Assembly (NCBI RefSeq): GCF_044704955.1
Contig: NC_091994.1
Coordinates: forward strand, 91,264,001 to 91,328,000
DNA length: 64,000 nucleotides
Reading direction: 5' to 3'
Source of the DNA: Pristiophorus japonicus
Taxonomy: Eukaryota
The notes under the pieces were generated by a model. It was not told the origin of the DNA. It did not search any database and was given only the letters and a program-made list of their open reading frames with translations. Below, one piece after another: positions 1 to 10,779 of the stretch; within the stretch, counting starts at the first letter, position 1, and the number at the start of each line of letters is the position of its first letter. A program made the position numbers and the translations under genes.

Positions 1-1025
1 GTACAGCGGGACCTGTGGGTACTTGTGCATGAAACACAAAAGGATAGTATTATGTATGCATGTCAACAATGTTATGATGTACTGCAACACTGAATGTACC
101 TTCACCCTGAAAACACCTTACCTGTACACCAGAGGGTGCTGCTGCTGGAGACCTAAGGGCCACCTGCACACTGCAGGTAACCCAGTATAAAGGGGAGCTC
201 ACCTCGGTGTCCTCACTCTAGGAGCTGCAATAAAGGACTACAGTCTTCACAGTTTAAATACCATACCTCTGCCTCGTGGAGTCATTAGCAGAATGCCTGC
301 ATATACAATAGATAGTATGCAGGTACAGCAAGTGGTCATGAAGGCCAATGGAATCTTCGCCTTTATTGCAAAGGGGATGGAGTATAAAAGCAAGGAAGTC
401 TTGTTACAGTTGTACAGGGTATTGGTGAGGCCACACCTGGAATACTGCGTACAGTTTTGGTTTCCATATTTACAAAAGGATATACTTGCTTTGCAGACAG
501 TTCAAAGAAGGTTCACTAGGTTGATTCCAGGGATGAGGGGGTTGACATGAGGAAAGGTTGAGTAGGTTGGGCCTCTACTCATTGGAATTCAGAAGAATGA
601 GAGGTGATCTTATGGAAGCGTACAAGGTTATGGGGGGGCTTGACAAGGTGGATGCAGGGAAGATGTTTCCACTGGTGGGTGAGACTAGAACTAGAGGGCA
701 TGATCTTAGAATAAGGGGCCGCCCATTTAGATCAGAGATGAGGAGAAATTTCTTCCTCAGAGGGTTGTGAATCTGTGGAATTCGCTGCCTCAGAGAGCTG
801 TGGAAGCTGGGACATTAAATAAATTTAAGACAGAAATAGACAGTTTCTTGAACGATTGGGGGGGGGGGGTGGGAGGAAAGAGGGGTTATGGGGAGGGGGT
901 GCGGACGTGGAGCTGAGTCCATGATCAGATCAGTCATGATCTTATTGAATGATGGAGCAGGCTCAAGGGGCCTTATGGCCTACTCCTGCTCCTGCTCCTG
1001 CTCCTATTTCTTATGTAATGTTCTA
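1..1025 (+). mobile_element. CR1 LINE 3' fragment (RT C-terminus plus 3'UTR), interrupted by a solo LTR
   Basis: ORFs 293-550 and 558-770 contain CR1 ORF2 motifs (LVRPHLEYCVQFW, LGLYSLEFRRMRGDL); ends in a CCTATTTCTTATGT tail; stops and frameshifts present. Confidence 0.9.
48..310 (+). mobile_element. short solo LTR (Gypsy-like) inserted in CR1
   Basis: 5-bp TSD GATAG (43-47 and 311-315); imperfect terminal inverted repeat TATTATGTATGCA/TGCATATACAATA; internal TATAAA (~186) and AATAAA (~229); related copy at 21682-21888. Confidence 0.7.
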
Positions 1026-1051
1026 TGCTCAGTCCCCATTTTCAAGGCAGG

Positions 1052-2207
1052 CTGATCTTTCAATAAAAGTGAAAATTGGGTTGTTGCTATAACAGGCAGC
1101 CGTTTTGCATCGCCAATGTGTTTCCTCTCAGAATTCACTACATTCTTCAAAATAGTTACCAGTTCTAATAATGGCTTCTCTGGATGTTGCAGTCGTCAGT
1201 CCTTTTCCATCATTGAGCTGGGTGGGGAGTGGGAATGGCCAGCCTTGCTTTCAGTCATGGAAAAAAATCCTGGTATATTTGCTCTAAAAGTGTTGTTTGT
1301 TAGATTCAGAAGGGAGGCAGCCTTACATAAGAAATAGGAGCAGGAGCAGGCCATTCAGCCCTTCGAGCCTGCTCCGCCAATCAATGGCTGATCTTCTACC
1401 TCAACTCCACCTTCCCGCACTATCCCCTTTATTGTAGGGCCTTCTGCCACATGGTCTCCAGCATTCAATCAACAATTCAGGTCTTTTACTGGAAGCCAAT
1501 TCTGTCCACAACAAAACCAGCATAGCCTTAAGGAGAGCTACTAGTCCTTTAAAGCTGCTGGGACTGAATTAAATCTAATTGAAACATATAAAATGCTTAA
1601 GGGGCTTGACAGGTTAGATGCTGGGGGGATGTTTCCGCTGGCTGGGGAGTTTAGAAATAATGGTCACAATCTCAGAATAAAGGGGTTGACCATTTTGGAC
1701 TGAGATGAGGAGAAATTTCTTCAAAGGGTGGTGAATCTTTGGAATTCTCTACTCTAGAGGGCTATGGATGCTCAGTTGTTGAGTAGATTCAAGGCAAAGA
1801 TTTTTGGATACTGGGGGAAACCAAGTGATATAGGGAGAGTGCGGGAAGGTGGGGTTGAGGTAGAAGATCAGCCATTGATTGGCGGAGCAGGCTCAAAGGG
1901 CTGAATGGCCTACTCCTGCTCCTATTTCTTATGTAAGGCTGCCTCCCTTCTGAATCTAACGAACAACACTTTTAGAGCAAATATACCAGGATTGTTTTCC
2001 ATGACTGAAAGCAAGGCTGGCCATTCCCACTCCCCACCCAGCTCAATGATGGAAAAGAACTAACCACTGCAACATCCAGAGAAGCCATTATTAGAACTGG
2101 TAACTATTTTGAAGAGTATAGTGAATTATGAGAGGAAACACATTGGCGATGCAGAACAGCCGTCTGTTATAGAAATGACCCAATTTTCACTTTTATTGAA
2201 AGATCAG
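1052..2207. repeat. long inverted duplication: arms 1052-1426 and 1833-2207, spacer ~406 bp
   Basis: The arms read as near-exact reverse complements (e.g. CTGATCTTTCAATAAAAGTGAAAATTGGG vs CCCAATTTTCACTTTTATTGAAAGATCAG) and include both unique flank and a CR1 3' end. Confidence 0.9.
1577..1934 (+). mobile_element. CR1 LINE 3' fragment
   Basis: Typical CR1 end-of-RT sequence, 3'UTR and tail. Confidence 0.85.
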
Positions 2208-2254
2208 TTTTACGCACAGGTGGCAAGTTAAAAATCTAGCCCACTATAGAAATA

Positions 2255-2612
2255 AAGACTTGCATTTATATAGCGATTTTCACAACTCTCAAGGTATCCC
2301 AAAGCACTTTACAGCCAATGAAGTACTTTTGAAGAAGTATAGTCACTGTTGTAATGTAGGCAACGCGCCATCAATGGTTGAGCGATTATAATCAGGGATG
2401 CTCAAGAGGGCAGAATTAGAGGAGCGCAGACATCTTGTGGGGCTGAAATAGATTACAGAGATAGGGAGGGGCAAGGCCATGGAGGGATTTGAGAACAAGG
2501 ATGAGAGTTTTGAAATTGAGGCGTTGCTTAACCAGGAGCCAATGTAGGTCAGCAAGCACAGGGGTGATGGATGATCGTGACTTGGTGCGAGTTAGGTCAT
2601 AGGCAGCCGAGT
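2255..2612 (-). mobile_element. Deu-SINE 3' part followed by an L2 LINE fragment
   Basis: AAAGACTTGCATTTATATAGCG tail; ORF 2416-2619 (SITPVLADLHWLLVKQRLNFK..LHGLAPPYL) is an L2 ORF2 C-terminus. Confidence 0.8.
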
Positions 2613-3271
2613 AAAACATTATACACGGTATAATGCTGCTGTCATGAAATTGGGTATCCTCCGATTCACTATGAGCAATACCGTGCCATTCACTTGTAAT
2701 TAAAAAAATTGGCTTAAACAGATAATTATGATTAACATCTAGTACATCTGTGGCCCACTTAAATTATGGGAAAAATTTTTATATTACTGAAAATATATGA
2801 GAGTAGGAGTTGAAAGTTTTCAAATGTTACTCAGTACAGAAGCTGTACAGTAATTTAGCACCAGTATACTCTTCTACCCACATCCAAAAAAAAATGGAAA
2901 GTTAATGCAAATGCTCAACAGGAATATTCAACGCGTACAGAAAATAGCTGCATTGTCGATAGCAAGTCAATCATCGGTTCTGTGGCTTTCAATGGGAAAT
3001 TCTAATTCCACTACATAGGCCGCACAGGAAATCGTGTTCAGGGTAGTCGCAGCTTAAAAAGGAGTAGGCGTGTCTTCATAAAGAGTAAAGGAAACTTTCT
3101 CACTTTCTCTAAAGATCTTCATTCACCCGTTGGGATGGAAGAAGAGTGATTTTGCCTTCAAATGGTGATGGCTATTTATTTTATACCCACGATGGCAGCC
3201 GATTGATTGTATGCAGGCCTCAGTGATAAACTTTTCATAGCACTTCCCTGGCAAGACAGCAATATGCAGAA

Positions 3272-3640
3272 GTGACTGGGTGATCGAGTGGGTTGGAAAG
3301 TGGCCTTTACACCTCTGGGATGTGGACTCCAATCCAGACCATACCAATGGAATGGAAGTCTCCTGTCTGCTGGCCATAGGCTCCTATGTGAAATGAGTTT
3401 GAGCCGTCTCGATCCAGCTTCTAATGGGCGTGGGCCTGCAGTACAAAACGACCTTAATTTGGAACTAATTGGCAATGTTACTCACAAGTCTAAGGTAGTT
3501 GGTATGAGAAGTGGGAAAAATGCTCCTCGAAGCCTGGGGCTGTAGTATATTGCAGAGCCTTGGTAGAGGGAACGTTTCTTTGTATCTTGACTATTATACC
3601 TGACCTGCGAGCGCTTGGTGCTGTAAATGCTCAATCTTGA
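3272..3640 (+). mobile_element. LF-SINE-like tRNA-derived SINE (diverged)
   Basis: Motifs CCTATGTGAAATGAGTT...TCTCGATCCAGCTTCTAATGG...ACAAAAC...AATTTGGAACTAATTGGCA resemble the LF-SINE consensus as recalled; second copy at ~59270-59680. Confidence 0.55.
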
Positions 3641-6600
3641 TAACCACAACAAAGCCACGGCCATGACAGATCATTTGCTTTTAGCTCCTAAAAGGGCAAC
3701 TAACCTATTCTAATTATTTCATAATGTCCTGGATTTAAAATTTCTCCATTCAAGGCAGGGGCTGAGCCCAAGGCTCATCAGAGACTAATATTGCAAACCG
3801 TTTTCTCTAATCCCGGTTTTACTGTCCAGACCTATATCCAGTCGAGGTGGGTCACCATTCTCTTTGCCTTGCTGATTGCTGTGATTGGATATACCAAGTG
3901 CCAAGATTTACTAGGCCTCTCAGTTCTTACCTTTTCGTGTGTCATCTATTTCCCCTCCCTGTCTGCTTCCAATCTTACTGAGCTCCATTAAACTATTCCT
4001 TTGCTGACATCCTCTCTCTCAGGCTCCTATCCCTACTGGAAAGGCTCAAAGCCTCTCGCTGCCTCTTTCAGACCATCTGAAAAAGATATAATAGAGTCTT
4101 TAAGGTTAGACGTAAGATGGGGCTCCCTGGATTCAAATCAAGACTCATTGCAGTCTTCCCTTCCTCCTCACAACTACCAGGCTATTAAAACCCAGTCTTG
4201 GCACCCCATATTCACTAATTTCAGCAACAGTAACTACAAAAGCAATTGTGTGTGGAAATCTTATCCCCAATCCAAAGACTGAGCCCAATTGTGGCACCTC
4301 TATTGTCATGCCTGCAGAGGTCAGCAACCTTGGAGCAGGAGGGGGCAAATTCATAGAACCAGAGTGATGCAGCACAGGAGGCCTTTCAGCCCATCGTACC
4401 TGTGCTATTCAATTAGACCCTCTCCCCAAACTCATCCGAGAGATCCAATGATCAGTCATGAGGCAGTGCTGTAAGTATCAGCCTGGATTACTTGCTCAAG
4501 TCTCTGGAGCAAGGCTTGAACCCCTGACTCAGGAGCGAGAGTGCTGCCACGGAGCCAAAGCCAACGCAACACCCGAGATTGCATCCCTCAACTTGGATTA
4601 GAAGAAGCAAAACGCACTCAGACACACACTTGGGAAAGATTTACATCTTGTTTAATTGCTGGAATATTATACAAAGGTCTGGCCTCAGTGCTGCACAACT
4701 TGGATGAACACTGCTCGGGTTTCTCTGGGAGGGGAAAAAAAAAAGGAGCCACACACTATAGTTAGAAGGAAAATAATCGTCCTCGAAGGAGGCAGTTCTT
4801 CTAAATCGAAAGCATCGCCATCTCCGGAAAATCATTTTCTGAAAACCGCACCAGGTTCACTCACCGAGAAGCGATGATTCTCACTGGGTCGGTCCTTGTG
4901 CGACAGCAGCCCGGCCTGAACAATGAGTCAGGGAGCTCCGTCTTCATCTGCTTCACACTGCACTCAGCAAAACCGGCATCGTTTCCTGGTCCTGGCATAA
5001 CTACACGTCACAAAGTCGAGTGCCAAACAGGGCCTTGCATTAAAAGATGTCTCGGGTTTTGGGGCTAATTTACTACAAGTGTCTCTTGTCCTCGGGCAAC
5101 ATTCCTACCTAGTGTCCAATAGCAGTCTCCGTCCGTGACTGAAGACACCAACCCGACACAAGCTCACCTGAGGATTAGCACTTGCAGCACAGCAGGTGCC
5201 TGGAACATTTACATTTAATTATTAAATGTCCTCATTTCCCTTCTGAGATCTTGGGCACTTTGTTGTAGATTGAAGGACATCCACCCAGGCAATGGAGTGC
5301 CCGGATTCCCTCCCTGTGGCTGACCGCTACTCATTCCTGTCTTGAGGAAGAGGGAGAGGGAGGAGAGGAGAGTGTCCATGGGCCTGAAACGCCTGTTCCA
5401 AGATGTTTGGCTGCAGTATGTTGGGAGCAGCAACACACTGCCTGCCTCATCCTGGCCTCTTGCTCTCAAACACTGGGCAAAGTGCTCAACCTCCTTCACC
5501 ATAAGAGACAAGAAATATCCAGGGGAGGGTCTATGTTATGCCAACACTTCAACTCTCCACATCACTGTAGTAAAATGTTCGTCATGGGGGTTCCCAGTGG
5601 ACAGCATCTCCTCCTAAATGGGCCCTGCAAGACTTTAGAATGCCAGCCGAGGAAAGCCCCAGGTTTAATCCCTGGTTTGTGCTGAGATAGCCGACTGCAG
5701 CTCGGACACCGCTAGAATTTCAGCACCGCGGGGCTAGGAAAGCCAGCAGCATTTCCATTCCGCAAAACGCTTTTAAAAAACCATAGTAATTATGGTTTTA
5801 GGTTTAATTCATACATTAATTGGGCTCTCATCTCATGGATCACCCTCATGCTCAAGTCCCAATCACGAGGGTCTTTCCATTCCTTGAGATTGAGGCAAGC
5901 CTTTGCTAACATGCAGCTAAACAGTGAACACTGCTCGCTCATTGTTTCTAGGCCCTACATTATCTTATGGCACCACAAGATCTCACTTCAGTTTTCAAAA
6001 GCGATACATCACCACAACAGATCGTGCTTACAATAGGAAGTGAAATTATTACACAAATAACAACATAATCAAGAAGGTGACTTTTACATAGACAATAGCA
6101 CATTTTTTATCTAGATCGACAAATAGATACAGTAATAAAGGATTGTAACCCTATGAGCTAATCGAATCCTTTGCAAATGATTTTTAAATACAATGTTTCT
6201 CTTCACTTACAGGAATATCAACCTGTCTTTTGAGATTTAAGCAACCTCTTTGCTTCTTTCAATTCCCATAGTCGGTCTCATGGGATGTTCCATCAGACAA
6301 CTATTTCAAACAGCAAAGAACCTTTTTCAGATCCTGAAAAATAGTAACCGGGACTTCATAGATTTTGAAAACAAGACACGCAAATACAAACTGCATCAAA
6401 TCACAAAGTCTGTAGGTATTTGAAAATTGTGCGTTCGACTTCAGCGAGTCCAATTCGTCAAGTTCGTTACCGGGGAAACGTCACAAGACTGTAGTAGGAT
6501 AGGTTTGATACAAGACTTTTAAATTCCCCCAAGCACAATGACTTGAGTTTTAACGAGACAACCAGTAAATCAAAATACATCATTCGTGTCACCACAATGC

Positions 6601-6756
6601 TGCGCAGGAATGCCTTGATCCAGTGACTTACTGCCTCAAATGTAAAATCTCCGCAGGCTTAAATTCACTTGCTGGCTGCAGTGAATGAAGGCAGTGTGGT
6701 CTGATGCAGGTGGTCTGTGGGGCGGTACCAACCTCCGCCTGGTGGCGTCGGGCGCT

Positions 6757-7718
6757 CTACCGCTTGTGGACGCGGTGGTGCCCGATGAGGTTGGAGGCAC
6801 TCTTGAAGCCCTTGCCGCACTGCAGGCAGCGGTAGGGCCGGTCGTCGGAGTGGGTGCGGTAGTGCACCTGCATGGTGGAGGTCTGGCGGAAGGCCTTGGC
6901 GCAGATGGGGCAGGCGTAGGGCCGCTCGCCGGTGTGGGTGCGCCGGTGCCGCACCAGGGTGGAGCGCTGGCCGAAGCCGCGGCCACACGTCTCGCAGCTG
7001 AAGGGGGGCTCGCCGGCGTGGGCCCGGCGGTGGGCCAGCAGCCGGGCCGGGTCGCCGAAGATCAGGCCGCAGAGCGGGCAGGGGGCGGGAGGGGGGGGCG
7101 GGGGCTGGCCGTCCCGGTGGGTGCGGCGGTGGGTGGCCAGGTGGTGGGAGTGCAGGAAGCGGCGGGCACACACCTCGCAGGCGAAGCGCCGCTCGCCGCC
7201 GTGGATGCGCCGGTGCTTGGAGAGGTTGGAGGCCGTCTTGAAGGCCTTGGGGCAGTGGGCGCAGCGGTAGGGCCGCTCCTCCCCGTGGGTGCGCCGGTGC
7301 ACCAGCATGGTGGAGGACTGGCGGAAGGCCTTGCCACACACTGGGCACGGGTAGGGCTTCTCGCCGGTGTGGGTGCGCTGGTGGGTGACCAGGTGGTGCA
7401 GCTGGACGAACTCCCGGCCACAGGCCCGGCACTTGTACTGCTTCTCGCCGCTGTGCACCAGCCGGTGGATCAGCAGGTTGTAGGAGGTGCTGAAGCGCTT
7501 GCCGCAGGGCGGGCACCGGAAGGGCCGCTCCCCCGTGTGCACCCGGCCGTGCCGCTTCAGGTCGCAGTGCTGCTTGAAGCTCTTGCCGCACTCCGTGCAG
7601 ATGAAACGCCGCTGCCCGTAGTGGCGGGGGCGCTTGCGCGGCCCGGCTCCGGCAGCCTCCCCGGGAGCAGGTTCCGGCTCGGATCGCTGCACCGTCTCCA
7701 TCGGGCCTTCTGCCACTC
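6757..7718 (-). CDS. C2H2 zinc-finger protein, main coding exon (10 fingers, basic NLS-like PRKRPR, polyproline spacer between fingers 6 and 7)
   Basis: Uninterrupted ORF with 10 CxxC..HxxxH fingers and TGEKPY-type linkers; acceptor TCTTTCTTTTTTATTGCAG|GA at 7719-7720 (phase 1); TAG stop at 6757-6759. Confidence 0.9.
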
Positions 7719-7729
7719 CTGCAATAAAA

Positions 7730-8570
7730 AAGAAAGACAGACTTGCATTTATATAGCACCTTTCACGACCGCCGGACGTCTCAAAAGCGCTTTACAGCCA
7801 ATGAAGTACTTTCGGAATGTAGTCACTGTCGGAATGTGGGAAACGCAGCAGCCAATTTGCACACAGCAAGCTCCCACAAACAGCAATGTGATAATAAGAA
7901 CAAACATAAGAATTAGGAACAGGAGTAGGCCATCTAGCCCCTTGAGCCTGCCCCACCATTCAACAAGATCATGGCTGATCTGCCCATGGACTCAGCTCCA
8001 CTTACCCGCCCGCTCCCCATAACCCTTAATTCCCTTATTAGTTAAAAATCTATCTGTGACTTGAATACATTCAATGAGCTAGCCTCAACTGCTTCCCTGG
8101 GCAGAGAATTCCACAGATTCACAACCCTCTGGGAGAAGAAATTCCTTCTCAACTCGGTTTTAAATTGGCTCTCCCGTATTTTGAGGCTGTGCCCCCTAGT
8201 TCTAGTCTCCCCGACTAGTGGAAACAACCTCTCTGCCTCTATCTTGTCTATCCCTTTCATGATTTTAAATGTTTCGATAAGATCACCCCTAAAAAACATT
8301 ATCTGGTCATTATGTTGATTGCGGGATAAATATTGGCGAGGACACCGGGGATAACTCCCCTGCTCTTCTTCAAAATAGTGCCATGGGATCTTTTATGTCC
8401 AGCCGAGGGTTTAACGTCTCATCCGAAAGACGGCACCTCCGACAGTGCAGCACTCCCTCAGCACTGCACTGGAGTGTCAGCCTAGCTTTATGTGCCCAAG
8501 TCCCTGGAGTGGGACTTGAACCCACAACCTTCTGACTCAGGAGAAAGTGCTACCCACTGAGCCACAGCTG
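7730..8570 (-). mobile_element. Deu-domain tRNA SINE (SacSINE1-like) split by a CR1 3' fragment at ~7897-8290
   Basis: Deu core TTTAACGTCTCATCCGAAAGACGGCACCTCCGACAG, tRNA head (GGACTTGAACCC...ACTGAGCCA) and L2-type tail; the nested CR1 is nearly identical to 12505-12900. Confidence 0.85.
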
Positions 8571-10195
8571 ACACGCATTAGTTACACATCACAACTACCA
8601 CTCAAAAAAAGGCGAACACATTCAAATTCAACTACCGAGGAGATATCAGTGCATTACCGGCTGGTGTTGCTCAGTCCCTTTCCTTTACGAGGATTTGACG
8701 GTCTCTCACTTTGCTTCTACAGAGCAGGCCTATGGACCAGTAAGGGAGAAACTTGGTTGCCCCAGTGGCATCAAACAAGGAACAGCCAAAGTGCCCCTTT
8801 TAATGCACCAGTAATACAGGAAACACAAAGTCCAATCAAACTAAAAGAAGCTGAACACAAGCAAAAAAAAAAGTCCCAACAAAAGCAACGGGATCCTTCC
8901 CAACTAAATCATGATGTTGTCATCAGTGGCTAGAAGACACTATATCCTGCGGTGCCCACAAGTTGCAAAGCCACAGAACAGGGAATTGTCTCGGTTAAAG
9001 AAAATTTACCTGTGAGAAATGCATCCACACAGTTGGTGTCAAATGTGTTGATTGCAATAGAAAAGAACATTTTACATTCCACAAAACCAGAGAGTGTGTT
9101 TATGCGACCACTCACGCATTGTTCGGAAGCAATTTTTGCTTTGCACGGATTCTAAAGCAGAGTACAAATCTGGATCCAACCCAACTTCAGAGAAAGTTGG
9201 TGGAAAACACCCTAGAGAAGGCTGTTTGAATTGTGAACGGAGTTGAACACTGCAATCATCAGTGAACAGCCCCACCTTTGGCCTCATGAAGGGAAAGGTC
9301 GTTGATGAAGCAGCTGAAGATAGTTGATCCTCAAACACTGGTTAAAAAATCCAGAACACAAAATGTAATAAAAATGAATCTTCGCTTATTCAGTCAATTG
9401 TCCTGATATTACACAGTTATAAAGGCACAACATTCCTGGTATAAAGCAGCAAATCCTGACTCAGCAATTCTACAAAATATACACAGTGCACTAAAACAAA
9501 TCCATTTCAAACAACTTGCATTTGATACATTTGTATTGATGTGTATGGCTTATACTCTGGAATGTGTAAAGGCCCATAACATGCAGGTAATGTGGAATGC
9601 ACTGCAACACACTGATAGAGTTCTGATGTGATGCATTACTGCTTTTGAAAACTCAGGAGAGCTCCTATTGATGTACAGGATAAATTCAATTAGCTTATAG
9701 ATAATTAACAAACAAACAGGGCCACCGAGAGCTTATCTGGATCTCAAGGCAACAATGGACACTCAGAACATATAGGAATTGGCCATGGGAGATGAGAATC
9801 TACAGCAGAGAGAGTAGAAAAGATCCAGAAATGTAACCATTCCATCAGTGCCACTCACCCAAGTGGCTATTCTCCAGGTGAGTATTGTTGGTGTGGTGTA
9901 GGTGGCATTATGTCCAAGCTTGATCCCATCTTCAGCCAATGCATGCTTTCCTGAAAGTCACTAGAATCAGGAATGGGAACCCGAGCTGATTTTTGCCCTC
10001 CTTAATGCTACAAGCACAGAAAACAATTTTAGCACCTCTCCCCTACTGAAATCAGATGAACTTAGAATGAAATCTGGTCTATCAGGCTCTCTTACAAACC
10101 CCTCCTCTTCTTCTTCTTCGTTCATATGGTAGCAGCAAAGCAAACCAAATGTCAATATCCAAGTCAGATATCCAGGTCAAAGCTTCCAGTGTATC

Positions 10196-10440
10196 TTATT
10201 TCCTCTGAGGGCAATGCTCAATGATGTGCTCCAGGGTCTGATTGGAAGTTCCACCTCTGCATGTTGTGGGATGCTTTAATCTTCCATCTATGGAGACGGT
10301 GGCAACATCCACCATGACCGCATCAACAAACCCCTCCAATAGTTGGTTTGCAATGGGTCTGGCAGAGGTGTGGGACAATAACACGATGGGGATCACTCGT
10401 CCAGAGAGATGGGTTGCAGTGGGACACCCAGAAAAGGACA
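10196..10440 (-). mobile_element. non-LTR retrotransposon C-terminal fragment (Vingi/Ingi, I-group-like)
   Basis: Frameshifted translation GHGGCCHRLHRWKIK...QTLEHIIEHCPQRK resembles a CCHC-type C-terminus of I-group LINEs. Confidence 0.5.
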
Positions 10441-10760
10441 GGGTCAAAGTGCATGCATCTAGTTAAACAAATGAGGGAGAGAGGAAATGAAAGTTGATGC
10501 TGATTGGGGTTAGGTGAAGTAGAATGGGAAGAGGCCGGTGTGGAGCATAAACATCAACGGGGCTAAGTGGGCCCAATGGCCTGTTTCTATGTTGTAAATT
10601 CTATGTACCTGCAAACAAATAATAAAATCATACCATAATGCAAAATAATGAGCCTGCTGCTTTAAGGATGAGGAAACCAAAATAATTTATGTCTTTCTAA
10701 AGATACGCCCATCACTGTGCTGTAAGCTGAGCAGCCTGTGGTGCTGATGGAGGGCTTTAC

Positions 10761-10767
10761 CTGCCAT
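10761..10767 (-). CDS. zinc-finger gene, first coding exon (ATG GCA G)
   Basis: Strong Kozak ACAATGG; donor CAG|GTAAAG at 10760; phase 1 matches the acceptor at 7718, giving MAGVAEGPMETVQ... (322 aa); lies in a CpG-rich promoter-like patch. Confidence 0.65.
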
Positions 10768-10779
10768 TGTCTGCAGCAG

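Noticed and set aside
2925-3260. CpG-enriched non-repeat block with a minus-strand acceptor-like site near 3248
   Set aside because: No recognisable coding frame or matching donor; cannot be supported beyond composition.
6334-6631. Possible intronic C/D snoRNA (ATGATGT ... CTGA on the minus strand)
   Set aside because: Imperfect C box, no convincing terminal stem and no recognisable rRNA guide.
6685-8022. 445-aa plus-strand ORF (and 364-aa alternative minus-frame ORF 6665-7759)
   Set aside because: Shadow frames of a very GC-rich C2H2 array that lacks stops; they extend into SINE/CR1 sequence and show no recognisable domain.
8480-8570. tRNA-like A/B box sequences (also ~12250, 18360, 52440, 61830)
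   Set aside because: They are SINE heads attached to Deu-domain bodies, not tRNA genes.
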